The notes under the pieces were generated by a model. That model did not search any database. It was not told the origin of the DNA and saw only the letters and a list, made by a program, of their open reading frames with translations. From contig KZ538996.1 of assembly GCA_000934665.2 (NCBI GenBank), positions 1 to 37,098 of the forward strand: DNA of 37,098 nt, written 5' to 3'. Below are positions 11,901 through 24,291 of this stretch, in pieces (position 1 is the first letter of the stretch; each line of letters starts with the position of its first letter). Origin of the DNA: Catajapyx aquilonaris (Eukaryota). Both the position numbers and the translations under genes were made by a program.

Positions 11901-14900
11901 CTTTTTGCAGGCTACCATTAGAAAGATGCAGCAGGTGAGAGTACATGTTTTACAACGTCAAAATTTAGTTTTTCACTGCCAAACGAGTATATCTTGCTCG
12001 AGGGGTCTGACATTCCCAGAAAACCGTACTAGATTCACTCAAGATCCCCTTGTCAAGCTTAAAAGATTACCTTTGATTTACATGGCGGATTCACTCTCTA
12101 AACACAGGGGATTCACCCCAGATTCACATGATTATCGGACCCCTCGAAGTTGTTCGAGTGAAAATCGCACTTAAAATTAACATGGCCTATACTTTCATGG
12201 GATATGGCATAACAGTGGAAACGACAAATGTACAGTACAATTACGCTAATGAAGAACTTTCATGCGAATTGTATGCTCTTGCTTGGTTTGAACTACAACA
12301 TTATTTTTAATCATTTTTCACTTCTGCCATACCCCATATTTCAACAATTTACATTGTTCTGATTATTTATATATTATTATATGACAATAAATATTGTTAA
12401 ATTTGCTACAACATTATATAATTAATAATTCGAAAGATGGCCCCCTACTTTTTTACAATCAAAATAGTAATTGCTTATCATGTTTAGTGTTTACTACTAC
12501 AACAGCTGCAGCCCTTCAGATAATAGAACCATTTTATCGGCTACCTTGTAAAGGCATTTTAATGGGAAGCGAAGGCAGGAATGCTTTTGTCCCGTCGGAC
12601 CATGCCCCCTTCCCCGATCATTGTAAACATAAGAAAAAACACCGTAAGATTTTACGCCTGCTACTAAAGATTCATGAAGGAAACACATAGCAAGATTCGT
12701 GAGAAGAGCAACCAAAAAATTTAAAACTCCAGTCAGCATACACAATTGCTCCAGAATGCACTTTGAATGCCATAGCATTCATAGATGGGGGAGGAAAAAA
12801 GAAAACAATTAGATGGCGCCAGATTTTCCTTCCGCAACCGTGAATGAATGTCAAGCAGATTCTCCACATGCTACACTTTCTACTTTTGTCGCCGAAACGC
12901 GTGGTGCAAGTAGGACTTGATATGCGTGCATTTCCAGGTCACACCACGGGACATAAAGTACCAAACTACATATTCGACTCTGCGGGATGGGGGATGGCAG
13001 TGACCCTTCATTTTGTTAGAAGGTCAAGAATCACTTTAGAACCGAGAAGAGGAGCGGTTCTAGGTAGAAGTTGGGGGATGGAATGCCCTGAAGGCTTTCA
13101 AAATGGTGACCTTGGCCTAGGCAAGCCCACCTTTGGTAGGGAACGTAGGGGGACTAGAAGCATCTCGACCTTGCTCTCGGCCGAGTGACTGACATTTTTG
13201 CCTCTTCCTTCTCTCCCCCAGTTTCTGATCCGTATCGTACCACCCATAATATCCTCCGAGGTCAAACGAGACACGGTCACGGTCGTGTGTTACTCGCCCG
13301 CCGAACGAATCAATCGTTAACAATCAGAGTGACACGTGACTCAGTCTTTTCTTTCACAATCAAACCATCACCGATCATGAAACATGTAGGCCACACAACC
13401 CCAGATAATGAGAGTAAATTTGCTCTGCATTTCCTGTACCGTTTTACTTTCTGTCATGACATGAATTAAAGATCCTGCTTTGGATACATAAGGTCCTTAC
13501 TCACTTGTGCTCAAATCAGAACCGATGTCTCCAAGTCCATTACCAACATATCCACTCCTGTCATCATGTCCTTCCCCACCACACTCTACACTCACACACT
13601 ACACGTGGACTCACTACCCCTGCATGGTGTTGTGTCTCGGGGCATATGTTCACCGGTTGTGGGGGCATGCCCCTCGTGCTGGACTAGCTGCAAGGCCAAG
13701 GTGGTGGCAGGCGAGCGAGTAAGTGAGAGGAAGGTAGGTAAGCAGCAGGTATGAAGGAAGGAAGGAAGGCTGGATGGCTGGCAGGCCCGACCCACTTGGG
13801 CCCTGCTGCCTGCATGGCTTGACCCACATCAAGAGAAGGGAAAACCTAACTGCCATCAAAAGTGAAACATGGAACAGAAGGGTGGAGGAGAAGGATGGTC
13901 CTGCTGGATCTGGAGGGGAAGAGCCTCAGTGGACATCTAAGCTCTCCCCCTCCACCCATTTGCACTTACCAACCGCATAATCACACATGGGGACTCACAC
14001 TGGTCGTGTTTCTCCCGGCTCCTGTGCGCCAATTACATGGGCTGACCCACGCACTTTCCAAAATCCACACTTGTGAGCATCTGGAATACTCTTTCCACCC
14101 CATTTTTTGGCCAGGGCATTCCGATGTCGTTTTCAATCTCTCGGATCTGGGCAAGCGTGGATGCTGTTCCGGCCTTGTGTTTTGATTGGCACTAGGATGT
14201 GATGCATCTCTATATGGGAAAACCATGTGCTGATCCATGGATAGTAATCAGCTGTGAATTTTTGTTGGAGGTACATATTTCGAGATGTCAGGGATTTTGG
14301 TACTTTTCATACGCTCTGCTGTATACAGTACAGTACAGTACATTTATGATATTCTACACACATTATGCAATGTGGGGGGGGGGGGGTTTCAATAATTATT
14401 TTTCACCTCCAGCCACCTTTTCTAGATTTTGTATAACTTTATTTTCGTAAAAACTAGATCCAAACTTTTACACAATATAGGTTTTCTATCACTGGCACGA
14501 AGTGTGAACATAATGAAGTTGTCCTATTATAGATTATAAAATTATAATTATTATTTATTTATTATTATTATAGATTATAACGTCCAAGTGGAACCATAAA
14601 AATGCTACAATACAGTCTACACAGGAAAGTAACTGCTACAACTTTTATTGCTACATTTATTAGTGTTTATGGGCCTTTGCTCGCCCAGTAATTTGAAACA
14701 ATGTGTACTTTTCATATTTATTTTAAAATTCACTCAATCGTTCGTTATTTTCCTGAAGTACAAACTGCAAACAGTTGAATTTGTCTAGTGGTAACTGCCA
14801 ATTGCAGTACTTTGAGACATTTCATTTAAATTCTATTTACACTTGTAGATCATAGGTCAGTAACATAAAAGTTAATACCATATTATTTATACTGCATAAC

Positions 14901-15264
14901 ATAATTATAAGAGGTCTTAATGAGTGAAACTGGAAGCTACAAACATCCCATATGTTGTAACTGCGCTTGAAATAATTGTACAATTTTCGTAACAGCCTCA
15001 GACAAAACAAGTGGATCTCTCTTGTTTTGTAGTTTATTCTGTACAACGTGTACTAGTACAATATCATCTACTTCTGACATAGACAATAGCTGTACAGAAC
15101 GCTACATCACTTTCACCCACAATGTGTAGAGACAAAGTAGGCCTACTGTAACTGCGACGACGGAGTTAACAAGCCCGACATTGGATATGATTTACAACCA
15201 TATAGTTCTCACACTACACGTCGCACTATTGTAGGCCCTTCCATAGGATATCCGGAATTTACCA

Positions 15265-15408
15265 TATCTGTCAAAAAAAGTTTCGACCGAACGTACAGTA
15301 TACCCTGACTCTATAAAACCATCATCACTGCAATGTGATTTTTGTTAGGATGAGTGGTGGTGGTTGTATAGCGCTAGGATAGGTTTGGCTGAAACTTTTT
15401 GGCAGATA
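15265..15408. mobile_element. Short palindromic MITE-like element
   Basis: TATCTGTCAAAAAAAGTTTC.ACCGAAC...CTATAAAACCATCATCACT is mirrored imperfectly by AGTGGTGGTGGTTGTATAG...GTTTGGCTGAAACTTTTTGGCAGATA. Confidence 0.65.
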
Positions 15409-16166
15409 GTATACACCTATGTCCGCCAATCTTTGCAGAATACGAAGTTCTCAGAACCTGTCCTTATTTAGCAAAACTTTACACATGAACTATTTATAAA
15501 GAAGTGAAAATGGTCTTTTCTAGCGATGACGTCACTATAGGAGCGACTGACATTATCCATTGACGATGTAAACAATTCATCCGCAAATACAGTAGACTGT
15601 AACGCAAAATAATTAGCTAGTAGTAACTGTTTTTCTGAGAGTCGGAGATAAAAGATTCCCAGATTTATACTTTTCGCTTTCGCTTGATCAGATAGCAGAG
15701 TATGTGTGTTATGGGAATTAGCTGAGGGAGGTCACCGACTGACTCGTGAAAGGAGAAAGATGCGTCTATGTGAACGGAAGACTGGGAAGTTGATGGGGGG
15801 AGTCAAGGGGTCAAAGGTTACTTCCTGCTTCTTGAGAGGAAGTGAGTTCATGTGGAGTGGCAGAGGTGCTTTGAAGAGAGAGGACATTGTCCCTGGACAC
15901 TTGACCGTCTCTAATTCGTAAGTCTTCTGGTAAATCTTGAGCGTGACAGGGAAAGTCTGTAATTATTGCAATAGCGGATAATAGTTATATGGCCCCACTT
16001 AAGGCTAGAATTAGATGTAACCGTTGGGGTGCTATGTGCCGGTTGTAAAACTTTCCATTCTATCCATTGTCTCTCCATGCAAGCATGACAACATCGTCGA
16101 TGAACGATGATCTGCAGATTAATGCGACAGCAGACACTATAGTAATAATTATATGAATATTTTATA

Positions 16167-16768
16167 CAGTAAAACTTCTATAAGTCGAAGAAAATGATGA
16201 GCTTGGTTGGTCACAATGTAAAATAATAGGAAATAAACTTCCCTAACTCGAATTTCTATAACTCGAAGTTCTCCATAACTCGAAGTGGGGGCAGGGCCTT
16301 ACGATGGGATATCAATGCATTTTCAGTCTCCCTAAGTCCAAGTTCATGTTGGCGAGTATACGGATTATTTTCATATTTCCCAGCCGAAGGGTCGAGAGTT
16401 GGCCACATGTAGGCCCTACAAAAAGGCTCAATTTCCTTATCTCCGTCTGCCAGATGTACCGAAAGAAGTGTTTGACTCGATTGTGACAGTTGAATCCTTG
16501 AATCTAATAAGTAAAGAGATGGGGCAAATGTCCATGACGCAGATTTTTTTTACAACAAAACAACGAGTAACGTTGTAAGTGTGATCAGCTCTTGGTGTGA
16601 TAGTGACAGTTTATTAAAGTTTTGAACACCTTTCGTCGCTGGATATAAAGGTAGGCTTCCTTATAGAGTTATGTGCTTTAGAAATTCAACATTTCTCTAA
16701 CTCGAATCTTCTATAACTCGAAGTTTTTTCCCGGTCCCATGGAGATTCGACTTATAGAAGTTTTACTT
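16167..16768 (+). mobile_element. Tc1/mariner-superfamily (pogo/Tigger-type) MITE, family A copy 1
   Basis: TA|CAGTAAAACTTCTATAAGTCGAA ... TTCGACTTATAGAAGTTTTACT TIRs (last bases degenerate); internal TAACTCGAA repeats; aligns in reverse orientation with 30747-31326. Confidence 0.9.
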
Positions 16769-17691
16769 GGAAAACACGTAGCCTACGAACAATAACAGGT
16801 ACACATCTGGAGCAACCAGTTTAATTGCTAATTGTACGCCAGCAGACTAATAAAGGTGAAATTTTAATATTTGTTAGTAAGAAAGGGCAAGAAGGGCGCA
16901 CCAACACTTAATTTTCAGCTCTCACGGCAGAAGAGACACATGTTGCAGAATGTAGATGGTTACGCTGATGAACATCAAGGTCATGTTGTCCTTGCTACAC
17001 GTACTGTAGGCTAGCTGAATTTCGCGTAACTCATCTCCCTACTCATCATCAAGATTAATATTTCTCGTTAGCATTCCAAGACATGCCAGTGAACTTGACC
17101 ATTATTTCGGAGAGTAACAATAATTCAAGAGTTGTCAATACCACAGCTCCCAGATATAGGTTATTGACTCGTTTCTCTCTCTGCTGAAGTCTCACTTTCC
17201 TTCAGTCTTGACCTACTGGTTTGACAATCTTGTCATTTCTTTTATTACTGCATGCAAGGTTTTTGAATGTTTTTTTAATGATTTAACGCTCATACCCTTT
17301 TCTCTGTTCCCTCAAGGTCACTGGCCTACATGATTGAGGTATTTCTGCAACTATAAGATTTTATTTGTATATATTTAAATATATATATATATAATAATTG
17401 GAATAATCATGTATCTCAACCTCCACATTGTTTATCGAATGAAATTCAATGGGAAATTTTTACCGGCATTCCTCACGCAATATTAACAAGTACTTTCACA
17501 ATATATTATTGGTAGGCCTCCCACTGGCAGTGCAAGTTCCCCACATCTCAAATACTGTATTACCAGCAGTTGGTTACTAAACTACATTATGTTCACTTTT
17601 TAAATTACAACATAGAAATGACAAGTTGAATAACCTGTAAGAGGTAGCGCAGGAAGGGGAAAAAAAGACACTCGAAAATAGAAGAAAATAA

Positions 17692-17763
17692 TGGAGGTGC
17701 CAGGGATCGAACCAGGGACCTTTCACATGCAAAGCGAACGCTCTACCACTGAGCTACACCCCC
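17692..17763 (-). tRNA. tRNA-Ala (anticodon TGC)
   Basis: Reverse complement is GGGGGTGTAGCTCAGTGGTAGAGCGTTCGCTTTGCATGTGAAAGGTCCCTGGTTCGATCCCTGGCACCTCCA: 72 nt, G3:U70 alanine identity pair, downstream T-runs; one T-T mismatch in the T stem. Confidence 0.93.
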
Positions 17764-18672
17764 ACTTCGTAGGAGTTATTGCTTCATTAACGAGGGGACC
17801 TAAGAACATGTTCATAACACATACTACTGAACATAATTTCATGTAGGGTGACACCATTTCCAAATCTCCAAAAAGAAGGGCATAGATGATCTATAAGGCT
17901 GTGCACAATACACAATATTATACAGTCGCCTACTAATAAATATGCATTTATACTTCATCATAACCGAATCTAGGATTTCATACTCTCTCTCTCTCTCTAT
18001 AAAGTGAGTGATGGCCAATAGTTTCACATCTATCTGTTCTCTCTTCCTCAGATGCAGGACAGAGCTCCTGTTCACATAAACCACCTGGAGGAGGAGCAAG
18101 AAATGCAGAGAAGAACGCTCGAAGGTATATTGCAGCACCATCATCACCGGCATACCTAATCTACATCTATGTGCGATTATGCAGGTTAACTTTTTTCATG
18201 CAGTGCGTGTTGTGCCCATATCTGTGGATCGGAAAAACAAAAACAAGTTGCTAATAAAGAACCTCAATTATCCCTCAATAAATCTTCCTTGTTGAGATTC
18301 CAGGTCAATTACGAGTAATTATTACGATGTGCAGAGGGAGGTTGGCTAGGTCTTCAGGGAGGCAAGTACAGTATATTATTAAGGAAATTTAGAATCAAAA
18401 AGGCAAATTTTATAGCATGTGATTCCCTCTAAACCGGCATTAAAATACGTTACTCAAGTATTCGTTCCAGATAAACATTGGCCTGCATTACAGTACTTGC
18501 TAATTACTCACATATGCAGTAGATGCTTGTCATGTGTTGCATTGATCTAGTGGGTAATATGGATAATAGTAATAATGGCAAAAAAAATTAAATCCAGAAA
18601 ATGTGCGTCATACCAGATTTTCAGACAACACAGTTCACAACTGCATCAGATACTATCAATCTCGTTGAACCA

Positions 18673-19387
18673 TTCGCAATGCTTAATTGTAACCAGGAAC
18701 CTCCCATTAAAGTATGTGCATAATAAATGTTTCAAAGAGTGAGCATTAACTTATTATGTTTTAACTGATCCACGTTCATATTTTTCGATAATTTTTTTGA
18801 CAATTTTAGTCCTTCATTTTGTACTCATCAACACGACAGGATTGCAGGTGGGCGCTTCCTGCACATATACTCGTAGTCGTAGTCTCACAACAAAGCTGCG
18901 TCGTTTTTTTGTTATTGTTATTGTTGTTGCTAGAACAATGCTCTCAGGTCGAATATTTCAATACTTTGTTATTGCCTTCTTAAAAAGGATGAGGTGTGTG
19001 TCCGAAACCAGGAGAGAGACTATATTCCTTAAGAGGGCAATAATTTGTCGAAGGTGAACACTATTTAATGTGCCACCCAAAAAATCGTCAGTGTTTCTTT
19101 CTTTTCATTGATTTTGCACACTTTACTGTCATGGAGTTTAATTTATCCAGAGCAAAATATGTCAAAATATTCTTGCAAGTCGTTAGCCCATCTTGAAGTG
19201 ATGGCGCCCTTTCTTTACCATAAGTACATGTGAGAGAGGGTGTGAGTATCGAGGCAGCGCAGTGGTCTAATGGTTAAGACGCTCTCTTCGTAACCTGAAG
19301 GTTGAAGGATCGAATCCTGAAAGAAAGACAGTCGTTTCTTTTTATCGCTATGGACCTTTCTCGCTGTTACTTTATCTCACACTTCAC
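18673..19387 (+). repeat. Left arm (715 bp) of a long, near-perfect inverted repeat
   Basis: Reverse complement of 20163-20879. Differences seen by eye: two substitutions and a 2-nt indel region near 18751. Confidence 0.97.
19253..19343 (+). ncRNA. tRNA-like Pol III unit (pseudo-tRNA or SINE head) in the left arm
   Basis: A box TGGTCTAATGG with intact D stem (GTCT/AGAC), loop TTCGTAA (CGT, Thr-like), B box GGATCGAATCC, T5 at 19339-19343. Acceptor and anticodon stems do not pair. Confidence 0.5.
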
Positions 19388-20008
19388 TTTTGAATTTGAA
19401 GGGGCATACTTGTTCACATCGAGAGATATATACTGTATATCTAAGTACTGTGCTCTGTACAGTCTCATTACTAGAGATCCGACAGATGGAGACCGAGGTT
19501 GGGCCTGCCCCCAGACCAAAAACCTAATACTAGGGCCTTTCAGGTCAAAGGTCAGGCTGCAACAAACCATTGAAAATGTCCTAAAAATTGTGCCGATTCA
19601 TTTGCATGTGCTGGTGATTTTATTGGACCTATAGTTTAAATTGTAGACTTAAATATTAGGGGGGGTGATAGGTTTGAGAATGGAACTCCCTGGTATAAGA
19701 CAAATGTAGGGACTATGGGGTGCGTAGGGTGGGGGATGCCGGGATGGACAACACAAGCGAAGCCACCTGATCATTTAATTGACTTTTTATTTCTTTGACT
19801 TTTTTCTTCGAAAAAGTGACCGCCCCCTCCCATTAAGCAGGTGTCTTAAAATAAATTCCAAAAATATATTCTCCCCTCCCCCCTTCTTCCCCATCTCCAC
19901 CCCTCCCCCCCTCTTAGCTGCTCCTCTAACACTTCTGAAGAAGTGTGGGGGAAACTGTGAAGAAACAGTCGCCATCTTGGCCAGAGATGTCGGCTGCAAA
20001 TTTTTTTT

Positions 20009-20095
20009 TCAGACTCTCAACCAAGGAGATCCGGGATTTGAACCCACATCTCCCGATTGAGAGTCTGATGCGTTACTACAGCGCCATGCTCTGCT
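20009..20095 (-). ncRNA. tRNA-like head (CTC loop) folded into a hairpin, in the spacer of the inverted repeat
   Basis: Minus strand reads AGCATGGCGCTGTAGTAACGCATCAGACTCTCAATCGGGAGATGTGGGTTCAAATCCCGG (B box GGTTCAAATCC). 12-bp inverted repeat at 20009-20020/20057-20068. Confidence 0.45.
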
Positions 20096-20162
20096 GTAAC
20101 GTAACTGTGGGAGTACAGAAGGTCTAGCCTATTTACCAGATGCAGTTCAAAGAGAAATAAAT

Positions 20163-20879
20163 GTGAAGTGTGAGATAAAGTAACAGCGAGAAAGGTCCAT
20201 AGCGATAAAAAGAAACGACTGTCTTTCTTTCAGGATTCGATCCTTCAACCTTCAGGTTACGAAGAGAGCGTCTTAACCATTAGACCACTGCGCTGCCTCG
20301 ATACTCACACCCTCTCTCACATGTACTTATGGTAAAGAAAGGGCGCCATCACTTCAAGATGGGCTAACGACTTGCAAGAATATTTTGACATATTTTGCTC
20401 TGGATAAATTAAACTCCATGACAGTAAAGTGTGCAAAATCAATGAAAAGAAAGAAACACTGACGATTTTTTGGGTGGCACATTAAATAGTGTTCACCTTC
20501 AACAAATTATTGCCCTCTTAAGGAATATAGTCTCTCTCCTGGTTTCGGACACACACCTCATCCTTTTTAAGAAGGCAATAACAAAGTATTGAAATATTCG
20601 ACCTGAGAGCATTGTTCTAGCAACAACAATAACAAGAACAAAAAAACGACGCAGCTTTGTTGTGAGACTACGACTACGAGTATATGTGCAGGAAGCGCCC
20701 ACCTGCAATCCTGTCGTGTTGATGAGTACAAAATGAAGGACTAAAATTGTCAAAAAAATTATCGAAAAATATGAACGTGGATCAGTTAAAACATAATTTC
20801 AGTTAATGCTCACTCTTTGAAACATTTATTATGCACATACTTTAATGGGAGGTTCCTGGTTACAATTAAGCATTGCGAA
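20163..20879 (-). repeat. Right arm (717 bp) of the long inverted repeat, with the mirror tRNA-like unit at ~20207-20297
   Basis: Reverse complement of 18673-19387. Confidence 0.97.
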
Positions 20880-21320
20880 AGACTGGCCTGCAATGATTGC
20901 CAAGCTGACATAATATGGATCCAGACATATCATTTCACTTTTTTCTAGGACCTGCCAAACTTGCAGGTGAATTATCCCAACTTGAATTTTTTGGACTTGC
21001 TGGGCCATTTTTGTTCTAAGTGCCTCAATTGATCATTCTCATATATGAAATGACCCAACACTTTCACAAACACAGTAGGATGACTTTCTTGTTACACATA
21101 AGTTAATGACACATGCTGAATCGAGGCAAAATTGTAAGATTGTCTGAAGATTGTGGTCAACTGACAGTGGATTGGGGCACCTTGAGAGTGAACAACAATC
21201 CCAACTCACTGCAACAATGCTAGTGCAGTCCTTGTTTCCCATCACCAGGCAACAAAACATTTACTCTGCCATCTTTTGACAACACACCTAAATTTTTGTG
21301 ATACTAAAATTGAAAGAAAA

Positions 21321-22179
21321 ATGACAAGTCCCAATAACACTCAGAGGACCCCAACCCAAACCACTACTGATGAAACCTCTGAACCCCACACATGCCAGTG
21401 TCAGCTCTTCCAGGTAAGATACTGTATATCAACAAGCATTGACTCCCCTATAGAAGTAGTCGATTCTAATATCATTGATATTTGTGCTGCAGGACAGTAG
21501 GCTACATCATTAGCCTACATACACTAGCTGAATATATTTATGCATATAATAGCTGTATTTCACCTATGAGATTTCCTTCACCCATTAAATATTGTTTTAT
21601 ACAAATTTGGGTTTTCAGGCCTCCCAGCCAGGGACAATTCCCCCAGCCCCACCACCAACTCCAATTGTCTGGTCACGTCCAAACGTGAGTAAAATTATGC
21701 TATGAAAATAACTTTGTAATAATTTTTAATGCTTGCATCATCATTGCTGTGCTGTTTAACATTATGTACTCAGCTGAATATATCTACGCATAACATCTTT
21801 ATTTATCTATGGAAAATTCATTTGCATATTAAATATTGTTATGTGATTTTTGGTTTTCAGCCCTGGACAAAGACACCACCTCCTCCTCCTTTTGTACCAT
21901 CCTACGAAAAAGTGAGTACACTCTGTGAAAATAACTTTTAATATGATATGAAATGATGGAATTGTATGTAAAACTAAACAACAGGAGCGACCAGAGATTG
22001 GTCAGCTATTGGCGTACAACTATGAGAAAAGGTACTACAAAGAACTTAAAGAATGGCATCAGAGAACGGACATGGATGCTCAAGCCCAGGCCCTGTCCCG
22101 GGCCCTATCTAAAGTTGAAATTGAAGCCACAGCTCAAAACCAGCAGGGGGGAAATCCTGGCACATCTAATAGTCAGTGA
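21321..22179 (+). CDS. Candidate spliced gene, 134-aa proline-rich hypothetical protein (coding exons 21321-21413, 21619-21684, 21861-21911, 21985-22179)
   Basis: Donors CAG|GTAAGA, AAC|GTGAGT, AAA|GTGAGT; acceptors TTTTCAG, TTTTCAG, AACAACAG (weak). All introns phase 0 and the joined frame is open: MTSPNNTQRTPTQTTTDETSEPHTCQCQLFQ/ASQPGTIPPAPPPTPIVWSRPN/PWTKTPPPPPFVPSYEK/ERPEIGQLLAYNYEKRYYKELKEWHQRTDMDAQAQALSRALSKVEIEATAQNQQGGNPGTSNSQ*. No family recognised. Confidence 0.6.
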
Positions 22180-22379
22180 TGTTCAAGCCGAAGAATAACC
22201 TACAGTTAGGTAAAGATCTGAGTCATCAGTATTAATTTTAATTAGTGAATTGGCCGACACCTAAAACAATTTATGCTTTAAATGTATACACTATCATTAT
22301 CCAAATCTTTAAGTGACATTTCTTTTCAGGAATCTATCTTCAGGCTCAAATGGAGATTACCATATTGAAATGGTCCAAC

Positions 22380-22392
22380 AATAAATAAATAA
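22380..22392 (+). promoter_or_regulatory. Overlapping AATAAA polyadenylation signals of the candidate gene
   Basis: AATAAATAAATAA lies 50 nt after a TTTTCAG acceptor ending at 22329 (putative 3'-UTR intron from ~22210) and is followed by T/GT-rich sequence. Confidence 0.45.
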
Positions 22393-22889
22393 TGTCAGAG
22401 TCCAATTGTGGATTTTTATTGTTATGTAATGTGTTGCTTATTTTTATTGTAGTGATAACAGTTACCGCCAGTATTTTTCTGCAGTGAAAATATGCCCCAA
22501 AAATGATTAGCTTATGCAGGAAAATTACTTTTGGAGTATCTGAGAAAATGATAATGTACCGTATATTTAACTACTTGTTTCTATACGGTACCTCAGTTTT
22601 CCACCGCAAATAGACGAGATAATTGGGTTTTGATAAAGGACAATGGTACTATCATAAATAAGTCAAAGTCGATTAAAAAGCGATAGCCCGCCTTGAAAAT
22701 GTTGGAACCATTGATACGGTAGTTAAAAAGAGCTGACCCCTTACTTGCCAATTTTTTTATATATAACTATACGTGCCAGAGCGCAAGGCCATCGAAAAGT
22801 CTACTTTCCTCTCTCCCTTCTCCAAGGAAAAGGTGCAAATTCGAACGAATAATGTAACCAACACGTGTATAGGAATAGGTGGATAAAAA

Positions 22890-22981
22890 TAGGACCTACG
22901 CGGGCCCCTAAATTTTGCCCCACCCCCGCCCCGGGTTGAAGGGGCCCCGCGCACGACTTTGGCTCAGGGCCCCGCGACCCG
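22890..22981. mobile_element. GGGCCCC-rich remnant resembling a hAT-type MITE interior
   Basis: Three GGGCCCC motifs in a GC-rich patch; termini and TSD not found. Confidence 0.3.
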
Positions 22982-24206
22982 TATCATAATTATACGCTTA
23001 TAGCGCTGAGGACTCTATTATAAACACTAACAATGTATATCTTAAATTGGACCAAAACATTACTCTGATAGTCGTAATGTAATATTGCCTTGGAGTATTA
23101 TACGAGTATGTACCAAATTTAAGGAATTTTGTAGAAAAATTAGGGTTGAGTGATGGATAATAATAATTACGGTATGCCTATACCAATGTCAGGTAGAGGA
23201 ACCTCATACTCTTGGAAGGTCTGCCTTTCTCCATTTGGTAGAATAGTTTTTCTCAAACTTTGTTAACAGAGGTCCACTTGGAGGGACAAAAAAATCATAA
23301 TTAGAGCATTGTCATTACTCATTAGCCAGCAAGACTTCAATAACTTATTGTATTTTTTGATCACATCGATCGCGGACTACCTGAAGTGAAGGACTCTCAC
23401 AGCTGACTGGTGGACTGCATAATATGGAACTTTCAGAACCACTGGCAGAGAAAGCCGACATTTGGCGACATCTACCAACGATACGGGCAATCGATCCCAT
23501 TATTTTTTCACTGCACTACAATAAAGAAGGTGGATAAGACGAACGATCCTGCTTCTTATTGGAAATAACACATATCATGAGTTGCTGAAGTGTATTAATC
23601 AATCTACACCCACGTTATGGAGCGGCTTACACCACATTGACGCCTTGAAACTCAAAAGGATCCGTCTCCATGAAATCCTTTCAAGATAGGCTAAATTATG
23701 ACAGTTGGATTATCCTTATGGGTTCTTTTTTCAAGGGTTTATCTCGGGAACTGTAACTGCTATAGCAGAAGGCTGACGCGTGACGTGACTAGTATACTAT
23801 TACCAGAAAATACGCATTAAGGTATCTATACAGTAGATTACCGTACACACTGCAGGTTATCTAAGCTTTCTTTTTTCTTTCTAATACTTTATTTTTTATG
23901 CGATCGACTTTGGCCCACCATACAGTGCATCAACATGACAACATCCAACAATCTAATACATATTTCTCGACGTATATCTGTCTGTCCGCTATGCAAATCC
24001 GTACGGAGGCCTCGACATACTCCCGAGGGGGATGATTAGGGGTAGTTTTTTACCGGGAAGGTTCTTAGCGCATTGGAATTGATCTCCGAGGTCATCCTTG
24101 GCCACAGGAGGCGAAAAGGACTTCGGGAGTTTGGCATCCTGTTCTAATAATGCGCATTTTGGTATCAACAAACGTACAAACCCCTGTTCTGTTTCCAGGG
24201 GAACGG

Positions 24207-24291
24207 TCTCTCTCTCTTCATCTCTCTCTCTCCCTCTCCCTCTCCCTCTCTCTCTCCCNNNNNNNNNNNNNCCCCCCCCCCCCCCCCCCCC
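24207..24291. repeat. (CT)n / poly-C microsatellite with an N gap
   Basis: Directly visible. Confidence 0.95.

Noticed and set aside
12810..12821. TAGATGGCGCCA as a CTCF-like insulator motif
   Set aside because: Partial core match only, common in repeats, and unsupported without binding data.
16240..16285. Short spaced TAACTCGAA repeats resembling a CRISPR or iteron array
   Set aside because: They are internal TIR-derived repeats of MITE family A; there are no unique spacers or cas genes, and the context is eukaryotic.
18797..20753. Twin ORFs MTILVLHFVL... at 18797 (+) and 20753 (-)
   Set aside because: Their identity follows from the inverted repeat; TTG starts and no recognisable domain.
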